Positions 27,870-36,882 of a stretch of DNA of 64,000 bases are shown piece by piece. Position 1 is the stretch's first letter, and each line of letters starts with the position of its first letter. The DNA is from a virus. The DNA is taken from the IMG/VR virus record IMGVR_UViG_3300036831_000148, positions 64,001 through 128,000 of that record; one strand, written 5' to 3'. Under the pieces are notes generated by a model. That model was not told where the DNA came from and ran no database searches. It was given only the letters and a program-made list of their open reading frames with translations. The translations under genes and the position numbers were made by a program.

Positions 27870-29315
27870 CTATCCGTCCAGGCCGAGGTAGTCCCCGCCC
27901 GCCTCGTCCCGGTCAGTGAAGCAACTGGTGGCGAAGTCGGCGGTCAGCGGGAACCGCTTGCCGCGCGGCCCGTCGCGGTTCTTCAGCACCGTCACCTCCA
28001 GGGGGGTGCGGCGCCCGAAAGAGCGGTCCTCGTCGGCATTGGACAGCGCCAGCACCACGCCCGGCGTCCGGCTGGCCTCGTCGGTGGCCGACAGGTCGTC
28101 CAGGGAGAAGCCGCCGCTCACCTTCATCTGCTTGCGTCCCTCCCGGCTGGACTGCCACGGGGTGATGAGGGGGACGCCGCGCCCGTCCATGAACGTCTGC
28201 GCCCAGCGGTGGGCCGCCTTGATGATCCCGGCGAGCGTCTCGTACTCGCGCGCGTCGCGCCCGGCCCGCTCCGGGCTGAACAACTGCAGGTAATCGACGA
28301 CGACCAGGTCCGGCGGCACCGACCGGGCGATGGCGGCGGCGCGCGCGGCCATCACCGACACCGTGCACCGCTGCGGCATCTGCACCACGTTGAGCTGCCC
28401 GTAAGGGCCGTTCTTCAGGTCGGCGAGCACGGCGACCAGGGCGCTCTCCTCGCCCTCGGTGAGCCGCCCGCCGCGGATGGCGGCGCTGTTGATGCCCTCG
28501 GGCAGGCCGAACTTCGGCAGCCTGGAGTGCCGGGCGGCGATCTTCACGCGCAGCGCGGAGCGGAGCTGCTCGGTGGTGAACACCAGGACGTTGCGGCCTT
28601 CCATCACCGCGTTATGCCAGGCGGTCTGCACGCACAGGGACGACTTGCCCGCCGTGGTGCCGGCCATGACCACGGCCATCTCCCCGTCGCCCAGCCCGCC
28701 GTCCAGGTAGTCGTCCAGGGACTTGAGGCCGAACTGGATGCCGGGGACCTTGCCGGACACCCGCAGTTGCTTAGCCGCCACGTAGGCGGCCAGGATGTCG
28801 TCGCCCTCGCCGGTGACGTTGCCGCCGGGGCTGTCGGAGGCGCCGCCGGCCCGCTCGGCGTCGGCGAAGGACGCCAGCACGTACTCGCGCGCGTCGGCGT
28901 GCCCGGACAGCACCCGGCCGTCGTCCAGCCGGACCTCGTCGCGCATGATCTGCATCCCGGTAGCCAGCGCGTCCCCGGTCGCCCGGTCGGCGGCCAGGTC
29001 GCGGAGCTGGTCAACCGAGTGCCTGAACTCGTGCGGCTCAGGAGCCAGCGCGGCCATGGCGTCGTACGCCTCCCCGTACATCAGGGAGGTCCCCGGCCGC
29101 TTGCCGCGCAGCAGGTCGCTGAGCGCCTTGCGGCTCATGATCCCGCCGTACTGGTCCATGTACCAGACAAGCAGCAGGAACAGCTTGCGCTGCACCGGGT
29201 CGGTGAAGTGCTCCTCCTCCAGGCGGGCTGACGCGTACTCCAGGGCCTTCACCGACCCGGTGCCCGCCACCACGGCGGACAGGACGGTCCTCGCGTGCGC
29301 TACCGCGTCGGCCAT
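27870..29315 (-). CDS. dnaB: DnaB-like replicative helicase
   Basis: AGTTAGKSS, FTTEQ, VVVDYLQL, PWQSSR, VLKNRDGP. Confidence 0.88.
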   Translation of the reverse strand: MADAVAHARTVLSAVVAGTGSVKALEYASARLEEEHFTDPVQRKLFLLLVWYMDQYGGIMSRKALSDLLRGKRPGTSLMYGEAYDAMAALAPEPHEFRHSVDQLRDLAADRATGDALATGMQIMRDEVRLDDGRVLSGHADAREYVLASFADAERAGGASDSPGGNVTGEGDDILAAYVAAKQLRVSGKVPGIQFGLKSLDDYLDGGLGDGEMAVVMAGTTAGKSSLCVQTAWHNAVMEGRNVLVFTTEQLRSALRVKIAARHSRLPKFGLPEGINSAAIRGGRLTEGEESALVAVLADLKNGPYGQLNVVQMPQRCTVSVMAARAAAIARSVPPDLVVVDYLQLFSPERAGRDAREYETLAGIIKAAHRWAQTFMDGRGVPLITPWQSSREGRKQMKVSGGFSLDDLSATDEASRTPGVVLALSNADEDRSFGRRTPLEVTVLKNRDGPRGKRFPLTADFATSCFTDRDEAGGDYLGLDG

Positions 29316-30820
29316 CAGGCAGCCTCGTCCCGCTCGGCTGCCAGGCGGCTGAGGATGACGTGCATGCCGTAGAGCGCCTGCTGAGGGACCACCCCGTTGC
29401 CGAGCAGCTTCAGCTTCGCGCTGCGCGACAGGCGGGGCACGCCGGTGACGTGCCCCTCGGGCAGGCCCATCATCCACTCCACGAACACCGGGGACAGGGT
29501 GCGGTTCCCGCTGCGGCCGACGGCCAGCGGGTACGGGGCCGCGCGGCCGAACACCCGCTGCCAGCGCCGCACCGCCGCCGCGTACTTCCCCCAGTCAACC
29601 TCCGGCTCGGCGGCGACCGAGATCGCCAGGCCGGGCAGCAGGAGCTCGCCGCCGCGCTCGCCGCCCCGGCTGTGGTGCCCGCCGACGCCGTCGGAGGCTG
29701 AGGGCGAGGGCAGCAGGTCGTCCACCACCCCGTCCAGCAGCGGCCCGGTCAGGCTCTCCCTGCGCCGGTGGGTGGCGTTCGGGGTGGGCAGCAGGTCTTC
29801 TTCCGGCAGGTTCTCCACCTCGTCGGCCAGGGTCGGCCCGTGCCCGCCGGCCCGGCGCTTGTCCGGGTGCTGGCTGCCGCCGTTCACCGCCAACTGGGCG
29901 GTGGGCGTCTTCAGCAGGGAGATCGCCTCCACCAGGGTCCCGCCTTCGCGGCCCTTGGCGTCAGTGACCAGCCCGGCGTTACTGCCGAGGGTGGCCGACG
30001 GGGTGGGCAGCAGGCCAGCGACCGCGGCGGGCAGGTCATTGTCGCCCTCGGTGCGCTCGCGGCCGGACGGGCGCGGCTCCCGGTCCCCGGGGTTCCCGTC
30101 GCCCTTGAAGTCGGTGGCGCCCGGAGTGGGCAGCAGCGCGCCCAGCAGGGTCGGGTTGCCGCGCACGTACACGGTGCTGGCCCGGTCCCCGTCGGCGGCC
30201 ACCGGCGTCGGCAGCAGGCCGGCGACCGCCGGGCCCAGGTCGTCGCCGTGCCTGCCGTTCAGGGTGGACGGCGACGGGGCCGTGGTAGAGCTGCCGCCGC
30301 TCACCCGCGGGGTGGGCAGCAGTTCACGGGGAACCTGGCCGCTGGCGAGCTCCAGCGCCTGCTCCAGGCCGAGGCCGCTAGCCGCGCCGCGGGGGGTGCG
30401 TCCGTAGCGCTCGGCGTTGGCCCCGGTCAGCGCGGCGCGCGAGTTCCGGTTGCCGCCTCCGACCCGCGGCGTGGGCAGCAGCCCGTCTTCAGCGTCCTGC
30501 AGTGTCTGCGCGACCACGGCGAGACTGGAGATGGTGTAGCGCGGCCCGCCCGGCAGGGCGGCGCGCATCGCCAGGTGCCCTTCCGGGCTCTTGCCGTCGT
30601 CATGCGCGCACGGCGTGGGCGGCAACTGGCCAGGCGAGGATGAAGACCCGCTCCCGCCGGTGGCACCCGCCGATGTCGGCTGCGGAAACAACTTGCCACT
30701 CCGCATCGAACCCGAGGTCGGAAAGGTCGCCGAGAACGGCACCAAGTGCCCGCAGAGGCCGAGCTGTGGAGTCTCCCACACACACCTCGCAGGGTTCCAC
30801 ACCGCTATGAGCCCTAGCAC
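29315..30820 (-). CDS. C5-cytosine methyltransferase, C-terminal subunit with tandem LLPTP repeats
   Basis: terminal EWMMGLPEGHVT...KLLGNGVVPQQA (motifs IX/X); about 9-10 (L)LPTP repeats; start uncertain. Confidence 0.75.
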   Translation of the reverse strand: MLGLIAVWNPARCVWETPQLGLCGHLVPFSATFPTSGSMRSGKLFPQPTSAGATGGSGSSSSPGQLPPTPCAHDDGKSPEGHLAMRAALPGGPRYTISSLAVVAQTLQDAEDGLLPTPRVGGGNRNSRAALTGANAERYGRTPRGAASGLGLEQALELASGQVPRELLPTPRVSGGSSTTAPSPSTLNGRHGDDLGPAVAGLLPTPVAADGDRASTVYVRGNPTLLGALLPTPGATDFKGDGNPGDREPRPSGRERTEGDNDLPAAVAGLLPTPSATLGSNAGLVTDAKGREGGTLVEAISLLKTPTAQLAVNGGSQHPDKRRAGGHGPTLADEVENLPEEDLLPTPNATHRRRESLTGPLLDGVVDDLLPSPSASDGVGGHHSRGGERGGELLLPGLAISVAAEPEVDWGKYAAAVRRWQRVFGRAAPYPLAVGRSGNRTLSPVFVEWMMGLPEGHVTGVPRLSRSAKLKLLGNGVVPQQALYGMHVILSRLAAERDEAA

Positions 30821-31175
30821 TGAACAGACCCCTCACGTTCTCGATCACGACCAGGTCAGGATGCAGGATGCCGATCGCCCTGGCCATGTGGTACCAGGCG
30901 CCGCTGCGGTTGCCCGGAAGCAGCCCGCCGCGCATCCCGGACACTGATACGTCCTGGCAGGGAAACCCGCCCGCCAGGATGCTGACCGGCGGGACCTGCG
31001 TCCAGTCCACCTTGCCGATGTCTCCCAGGTTGGGCACGCCCGGGTAGCGGGCGGCGAGCACGGCGGAGGCGTCCGGGTCGTTGTCGGCGACCCAGGCGAC
31101 CTCGGCGCCGAACATCGCGCAGACCGCCGCGTCCAGGCCGCCGTAGCCGCTGCAGACGCTGCCAACGGTGGTCAC
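30600..31175 (-). CDS. C5-cytosine methyltransferase, N-terminal catalytic subunit
   Basis: SVCSGYGG (I), GGFPCQD (IV), IENV (VI), HRRERVF (VIII). Confidence 0.9.
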   Translation of the reverse strand: MTTVGSVCSGYGGLDAAVCAMFGAEVAWVADNDPDASAVLAARYPGVPNLGDIGKVDWTQVPPVSILAGGFPCQDVSVSGMRGGLLPGNRSGAWYHMARAIGILHPDLVVIENVRGLFSARAHSGVEPCEVCVGDSTARPLRALGAVLGDLSDLGFDAEWQVVSAADIGGCHRRERVFILAWPVAAHAVRA

Positions 31176-31178
31176 CGG

Positions 31179-31739
31179 CTACTCCGGCAGGCGGAAGGCC
31201 CGGACGCGCGAGCCGGGGGAAAACGGGACCTGGTTGCCGGCCACGCCGGTAAGGATGACTCTCATGCCCGTTGCTACGTCCGGGACGCCGGCGACCGCCT
31301 CGCGGGCGGTCACCGTCTCCGGGGGGCAGGCCACCCGGCCGACGTCCACCACCATGTCGCCCGGCCTCACGGCCTCTACCGGGCAGGTGGTCCAGGACCG
31401 CCCGTGGTGATCGATCGAGATGCGCGGGCGGCGGAACGGCGGCGGAATCACCCTGCGCGTGGCGGGCATGCTCGGCAGGCTGTCTCCGCTGAACGTGGTC
31501 CGCCGGGCCGCCTCCGCCTTGCTGATGGGCACCAGGTCCTCGGCGTGCAGCGGCTGCGCGGCAACTGCGGTCTGCCGGTCCACCTGCTCCAGGGCCGCGT
31601 CCGACATGAACGCCTCCACCGGGGGCACGTCTTTCAGCTTCCCCTCCCGGTAGGCGTCTACGTCACGCCCGAGGCTGTCGGGTATCTCCAGCATGTGCGC
31701 CGGCCTGTCCGCCATGAACCCTCCCGTGGTCGGGTCCAC
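31179..31739 (-). CDS. hypothetical protein
   Basis: ORF in the gene run; start may be 31715. Confidence 0.55.
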   Translation of the reverse strand: MDPTTGGFMADRPAHMLEIPDSLGRDVDAYREGKLKDVPPVEAFMSDAALEQVDRQTAVAAQPLHAEDLVPISKAEAARRTTFSGDSLPSMPATRRVIPPPFRRPRISIDHHGRSWTTCPVEAVRPGDMVVDVGRVACPPETVTAREAVAGVPDVATGMRVILTGVAGNQVPFSPGSRVRAFRLPE

Positions 31740-32079
31740 GATCGGTGGCGACGACGCAGCGGCCCCGCGCGGTGCGGACGACCAGCCCGCACCCGGAGCA
31801 CACCCCTTTCTTCCAAATCCATGCGAACTGGCCGGCCGGCGAGACGAACTTACCGCCGGACGCCGGCTCCACGCGGACCTCCGGGCTGGGCTCGTACACC
31901 TCGCGCAGCGAGATCCCTACCGAGGCCCCGCCCGCGGCCCGGCACTCGTGCCGGACCACCCGCCAGAACGGCAGCGCCAGCATGCCGGGCGGGTCCTGCT
32001 CGTTGAGCGCGTCCAGCGCCGCCTGCCGGGCGCCGCGGTACTGGCGCCCGGCCTGCCGCTCAGCAGGAGACAGCGGCAT
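31663..32079 (-). CDS. hypothetical protein
   Basis: TGATG coupling; CSGC. Confidence 0.5.
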   Translation of the reverse strand: MPLSPAERQAGRQYRGARQAALDALNEQDPPGMLALPFWRVVRHECRAAGGASVGISLREVYEPSPEVRVEPASGGKFVSPAGQFAWIWKKGVCSGCGLVVRTARGRCVVATDRGPDHGRVHGGQAGAHAGDTRQPRA

Positions 32080-32369
32080 CAGTTGAGGTAATCCCCGCTG
32101 CGCGGCTGCGGCCAGGTTGCGGCAAGCTGGTCAAACGGCCCCTCGTCCTCGCTGTCCGTCTCCCCGGACAGCACCACCACCTGGGCGTCCGCGCCGGCCC
32201 CGTCCTCACAGTGCGGAGCGATCTCGGCCGCGACGTACTCCTCAGCCCCCGCCCGGTCCAGCCAGACCAGCGGCGAGCCGGGCCCGCCCTCGCTGTACCG
32301 GGTGGCCAGTTCGTACTTCAGCGGGCTAGCGTCAACCAGCACCTCTACCGCGTACAGGGTGTACCTCAT
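32079..32369 (-). CDS. hypothetical protein
   Basis: ATGA overlap with the sigma gene. Confidence 0.55.
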   Translation of the reverse strand: MRYTLYAVEVLVDASPLKYELATRYSEGGPGSPLVWLDRAGAEEYVAAEIAPHCEDGAGADAQVVVLSGETDSEDEGPFDQLAATWPQPRSGDYLN

Positions 32370-33058
32370 GCGACCGCCTTCATCATCGCGCCGTGAATCT
32401 CCAGGATCGCCTCCCGGTGCAGCCGGGAGGCCTCGTCCTCTGTTACGCCCGCGAGGGCCGCCGCCTCCGGAAAGGGCAGGCCGTGGTAATAGCGGAGCGC
32501 CAGGATCACCCGGGACCGCTCCGGCAGCCGGGTCACCGTGCCCGACAGGGCCAGCAGCACCTCGCCGACCACCGCCTGGCCCTCCACGTCGTCCTCGCCC
32601 GCCACGTCGTGCGGCTCGGCGTCAATCGACACCGGCCGCGCGGCCACCGCCGCGTTGGTCTCGCGCACCTCGGCCAGCGTCATCCCGGTCGCCCTCGCCA
32701 GCTCGGCGTCAGACAGGCCGCGGTCCTGGCCGGCGTCCCGCAGCGCCTTCGCCCGGGTCCGGGCGCTGCGGGTTACCCAGTCCTGGGCGCGCAGGTGGTC
32801 CAGCATCGCGCCGCGCATCCGGCGCAGCGCGTACGCCCGGAAGTACTCGAACCGGGCCGGGTCGTGCCCTTTCTGCGCGCAGTACACCGGCCAGCGCGCG
32901 GCGGCGGCCGCCAGGCCGGACAGCGCCAGCGACTCCAGCTCGTCTATCTCCAGGGCGTGCGGCGCGCGCTGCCACACCCGGTACGCCTCCGGGCGGGCGG
33001 ACGGCACGATCTCGGCGGTGAGCTCGGCGACCCGCGCCCGGACAGCAGCGTCATCCAT
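32366..33058 (-). CDS. FliA/WhiG-family RNA polymerase sigma factor
   Basis: YALRRMRGAMLDHLRAQDWVTRSAR; region 4 LPERSRVILALRYYHGLPFPEAAALAGVTEDEASRLH; start ATG 33058. Confidence 0.88.
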   Translation of the reverse strand: MDDAAVRARVAELTAEIVPSARPEAYRVWQRAPHALEIDELESLALSGLAAAAARWPVYCAQKGHDPARFEYFRAYALRRMRGAMLDHLRAQDWVTRSARTRAKALRDAGQDRGLSDAELARATGMTLAEVRETNAAVAARPVSIDAEPHDVAGEDDVEGQAVVGEVLLALSGTVTRLPERSRVILALRYYHGLPFPEAAALAGVTEDEASRLHREAILEIHGAMMKAVA

Positions 33059-33215
33059 TGTCCTGCTCGACTTCCCGCCGGGCGGGGGCGATGACGGTGC
33101 CGATTTCGGCGCGGGGGATGCCGCAGTGGTCGGCGAGCTGCTCGTCTGTCCAGTCCCGGTGAACCCGGAGCGCCTTCTTGGCAGCCAGGAACCACTCAAC
33201 TCGTGTAGAGGCCAT
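33051..33215 (-). CDS. small HTH-like protein
   Basis: WTDEQLADHCGIPRAEI. Confidence 0.45.
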   Translation of the reverse strand: MASTRVEWFLAAKKALRVHRDWTDEQLADHCGIPRAEIGTVIAPARREVEQDNG

Positions 33216-33331
33216 GCCGCGCGAATCGTCACGCACCACCAGACGCGGTAACAGCCCGGCGGTGACGGTCACAATCAGGGAACGGCCAGGCTATCCCTCA
33301 CGCGAGGGAAAGACCGTCTCAGGCGCTACGG

Positions 33332-34075
33332 TCAGGCCCAGTACGTGTAGAGCACCGGGCGGAGCTGGCGCCACACCCCGGCGTGCGTGAACAGGCCCAG
33401 GTACTCGGCCACGTCACGGACCTCCAGGGGTACCCGCTGCACGACGCGGGCCTGCGCCTCGGCGTACGTCTTGTACGGGGTGAACAGGGGCGCGGCCTTG
33501 GTCAGCACCCGCTCGGCTTCCTCCGGGTCCGCCCCCTGGTCGGCCAGGCCGTTGCGCAGCCGGGCCCACTGCACCGCCTGGTGCGGCAGGTTTTCCCCGG
33601 TCTCGGCGTCCATGTACACGCCGTTGTACGGGTGGATGCCGTTGCGCAGCGGCAGCACCCAGGCCCTGTCGCCCATCAAGGTACCGGTCATGTTGGTCTC
33701 GGCCGCGTAGTCGATGGAGTCGTCCGTGCGCGACCAGTCGGGCAGGGTGAACGGCCGGATGACCAGCACCGTGGGCAGTCCGCCCTCGGTGTCGTAGGTC
33801 ACCGACTCCCAGACTCCCTTGCCGCCGAGCCGGCCCAGGGTCGCGGGGTCGCGCAGCATCGCGTGGTCCAGCGAGAACCACTGCTCAAGGCCGGGCAGGC
33901 GCCGGTCGGCGACCCTCTTGGCCAGCCAGGGCAGGTACTCGCGGCCGGTGCGCCCGTCGTGCCCGAACGGCTCGGCCTCCCAGTTGACGCGCGGGTCCGC
34001 GTGCCCCCAGCCGTCCTTGCCGGGCAGCAGGTCGGTGAGCGCCCAGCCAATTACCTTGTGCAGTCGGAGTCCCAT
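33332..34075 (-). CDS. hypothetical protein
   Basis: 247 aa behind a palindrome/-35 promoter. Confidence 0.7.
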   Translation of the reverse strand: MGLRLHKVIGWALTDLLPGKDGWGHADPRVNWEAEPFGHDGRTGREYLPWLAKRVADRRLPGLEQWFSLDHAMLRDPATLGRLGGKGVWESVTYDTEGGLPTVLVIRPFTLPDWSRTDDSIDYAAETNMTGTLMGDRAWVLPLRNGIHPYNGVYMDAETGENLPHQAVQWARLRNGLADQGADPEEAERVLTKAAPLFTPYKTYAEAQARVVQRVPLEVRDVAEYLGLFTHAGVWRQLRPVLYTYWA

Positions 34076-34105
34076 GAGGGCATCCTAGCATCCTCTTGAC
34101 CAGAG

Positions 34106-35806
34106 TCAAGCGGCGATGCGCCCGTACGCCAGCATCCGCACCTGCTGCGCCGGGGACACCCCGGCGGTGAACAGCGCCTGCTCCTCGTCCCACACCGCCG
34201 CCGAGATCCCGGCCTCGCGGCGCAGCAGCGGCAGGTAGGCGTCCTCCTGGGTGCCGCGGGCCAGCGCGTGCAGGATGTAGACGGTCGGGAACGGGCTGCC
34301 CTGGCGGGCGACCCGGCCGATGAGCTGCTCCATCCGGGCCGGGTTCAAGATGGTGTCCACCGCCAGCAGGTAGCGCGCCGCCTGCAGGTTGAGCGAGGCC
34401 TCGATCGTGGTGGTGCCCACCAGCACCCGGCAACTGGGGTCGTAGCGGAACCGGTCCAGCCGGCGCGCCCGCTCTTTCTTGTCGGTCTCCGCCGACCACA
34501 TGAGCGTGCCGCCGATGCCCGCCGCCTTCAGCCGGGCCGCCAGGGCGGCCACGTTCGGCTTGAAGTAGACGAAGATGACCGCCTTCTCACCGGACAGGTC
34601 GCCGGTGAGCAGGTTCATCACCCAGTCCAGCTTCACCGACACGTCCGCGCCCGGTCCCTCGTCCACCGCCGCCAGGCCCGAGCAGATCTGCGAGCCGAGG
34701 GTGAACGCGGCGCCCGCCGCGGCCCGGCCGACCTCCTCGCCCTGCTTGAGCAGCCGGCGCACGGTGCCTGCCCGCAGCTCGTCGTACCGCTTGCGCTGGG
34801 CGGGCAGCAGGTCCATGAACACCGGGCTGTACTGGATGGCAGGCATGGTCACGTCGCCGCCCAGGTCCTCCGCCCGGCGGCGCAGCACCAGCGGCCGGAT
34901 GGCGTCGCGGAACTCCCTCAGCAGCCGCGGGTCGGAGGTGATGCCGGAGTCCACCTGGACGACCTTGGACACCCGGGTCCGGCCGGTCTTGTCCCAGGGC
35001 GCGGCGGCGACGATCTCCTTGCGCGTCTGGGTGACGTAGCGCGAGCGAACCCGCTCCAGGGAGCCGAGCCGGTCCCGGCCGCCGACCGGCTGCAGGAAGC
35101 CCCAGAGCTCAGTCAGCCGCTTCTGGACCGGGGTGGCGTGCAGCCCGATCACCCGCGAGCACTGGCCGGCGAGCCGGTTGACCGCGTAGGAGGCCTCGGT
35201 CTCCGGGTTGCGCAGCGGGTCGATGTCGTCGTACACCAGGATGCCGACCGGGAACTGCAGCAGTTCCTCCACGTCGCCCTCGCGCCGCCTCTTGCCCTTG
35301 CCCGCGCCGGACAGGGTGCGGTCGGAGATGACCGCGACCTCCCAGTTGCTCATGTAGCCGCGGGTGCGCTGGGCGGGCGTGCCGTCGGCCACGTAGACGT
35401 TCACCCCGCGCAGCAGGCGGCGCAGCTCGCCCGCCCACGGGTCGTGCACCGCCGGGGCCCGGCAGACGATCACCGCCCGGTTGCCCAGGCCGAGCTCCCC
35501 GTGCTCCTTGCACATGGCCAGCACCGAGATCACCTGGGCGGTCTTGCCCGAGCCGGTCGCGTCCGACAGCAGGCCGGGCGGTCCCATGTACATCCACGCG
35601 GCGCCCACCCGCTGGTGGCGGCGCAGCACGATGCCGCAGTCGCGGCACAGCACCGGGCTCACCAGGTCCGGCGCGTGCCGCCGGCAGGGGCCGGAGTTGA
35701 AGTACTTCAGGTCCGGCCAGTCCAGGATGTCGGGCAGGGCGCGGATCTGGTCAGCCACCCGGCGTCGGGCGGCACGGCTCATGAGGGCAGCATCGGGAAG
35801 GGCCAC
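34106..35806 (-). CDS. SNF2-family helicase/ATPase
   Basis: LRRHQRVG, DATGSGKT, LHATP, LRRRAEDL, ASLNLQAA, NPARMEQLIGRVARQG. Confidence 0.85.
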   Translation of the reverse strand: MALPDAALMSRAARRRVADQIRALPDILDWPDLKYFNSGPCRRHAPDLVSPVLCRDCGIVLRRHQRVGAAWMYMGPPGLLSDATGSGKTAQVISVLAMCKEHGELGLGNRAVIVCRAPAVHDPWAGELRRLLRGVNVYVADGTPAQRTRGYMSNWEVAVISDRTLSGAGKGKRRREGDVEELLQFPVGILVYDDIDPLRNPETEASYAVNRLAGQCSRVIGLHATPVQKRLTELWGFLQPVGGRDRLGSLERVRSRYVTQTRKEIVAAAPWDKTGRTRVSKVVQVDSGITSDPRLLREFRDAIRPLVLRRRAEDLGGDVTMPAIQYSPVFMDLLPAQRKRYDELRAGTVRRLLKQGEEVGRAAAGAAFTLGSQICSGLAAVDEGPGADVSVKLDWVMNLLTGDLSGEKAVIFVYFKPNVAALAARLKAAGIGGTLMWSAETDKKERARRLDRFRYDPSCRVLVGTTTIEASLNLQAARYLLAVDTILNPARMEQLIGRVARQGSPFPTVYILHALARGTQEDAYLPLLRREAGISAAVWDEEQALFTAGVSPAQQVRMLAYGRIAA

Positions 35807-35814
35807 CCCCGTTA

Positions 35815-36132
35815 CTACGCCCGCCCGCGCGCCATGAACTCCCGGTGCAGCCGCTCGATCAGGTCCCGGTGCGGGCGCGCCCCGCGCAGGTCAGGGTGGT
35901 GGTGCCGGCACAGCCTGAACGTGCCCCCGGCTGCCGGGTAGCGGCCGTAGCGCAGGCAGCGCCACGAGTCATGGCAGGTGTGGGCCGCGTACCAGGCCAG
36001 GGCGGCCGCCAGGGCGGCCGACAGGAACGAGCCGGAAACCCCGCTCCAGAAGTCGTAGGGCACCCACCTGCCGTACGGGGCGCCGTAGTCGGCCCCAAAG
36101 AAGTGCACCAGCCAGTGCCAGAGGATCAACAC
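35815..36132 (-). CDS. small membrane protein
   Basis: YDFWSGVSGS plus a hydrophobic helix and C/H motifs. Confidence 0.6.
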   Translation of the reverse strand: MLILWHWLVHFFGADYGAPYGRWVPYDFWSGVSGSFLSAALAAALAWYAAHTCHDSWRCLRYGRYPAAGGTFRLCRHHHPDLRGARPHRDLIERLHREFMARGRA

Positions 36133-36145
36133 GCCCGTGCGATCG

Positions 36146-36574
36146 TCACCCGGTGAGGAGGCCGGCGCCGATGCACAGCCCGGCCGCGGCGACGGTGATG
36201 CCGTAGGACAGCGCCCAGGCCTGCCAGCCGGGCGTCTCCCTTATCACAGCAACGACAGAGCACAGGGCGAGGGTGGCCAGGCCACTCGCAAGGAGAGCAG
36301 CGCGTCCTGACGCAACTGCGAACGGAAGCGCCACAAGGACTGATCCCGCGGTGGTGGCGAGTCCGCAAACCGCGGCCCCGCTGACACCGTCGCCAGGATC
36401 GGACTGGTAGCGGCCCGAAGCCATGCCCGGAAACGCGGCCAGGCCCCCGGACAGCCCCGCCAGCCACACGGCCAGGTGAGGCTGGTGCGCGATGTACAGG
36501 GCCAGGGAAAGGCCGATGCCGGTGGTGGTGCCGTCGGCGAGGCCCATGATGGCAGCTGCACGCGGAATCCTCAC
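36146..36574 (-). CDS. VIT1/CCC1-like membrane protein
   Basis: AIMGLADG...LAGLSGGLAAFPGMASGRYQS resembles the VIT family N-terminus. Confidence 0.65.
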   Translation of the reverse strand: MRIPRAAAIMGLADGTTTGIGLSLALYIAHQPHLAVWLAGLSGGLAAFPGMASGRYQSDPGDGVSGAAVCGLATTAGSVLVALPFAVASGRAALLASGLATLALCSVVAVIRETPGWQAWALSYGITVAAAGLCIGAGLLTG

Positions 36575-36849
36575 ACCGAGGTCTTGAACTTGCCCTCTAC
36601 CCAGGCCAGCAGCTTGGCCAGCTCGGCGTCCACGTCGGCGACCACCTCCGGGCCGTACTTCTCCGCCAGGGCGGCCATCTCGGCGCGGTAGTTCCCCAGC
36701 GTGGTCACCAGGGCGGACTCGGCTACCTTGGCGTCGGCGAGCAGCTTGCGGGCCTCGGCGAGGGCCGCGGCGTCAAGCTCGCCCGCCCTGGCCTCCGCCT
36801 CGCGGAAGACCTTCTCAGCTGCCTGCTCCAGGTCGTTGATCAGGGACAT
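36571..36849 (-). CDS. hypothetical helical protein
   Basis: SD GAGGAGG. Confidence 0.6.
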   Translation of the reverse strand: MSLINDLEQAAEKVFREAEARAGELDAAALAEARKLLADAKVAESALVTTLGNYRAEMAALAEKYGPEVVADVDAELAKLLAWVEGKFKTSV

Positions 36850-36882
36850 GACGCCGCCTCCTCAGTTCAGGTGGGATATCGG

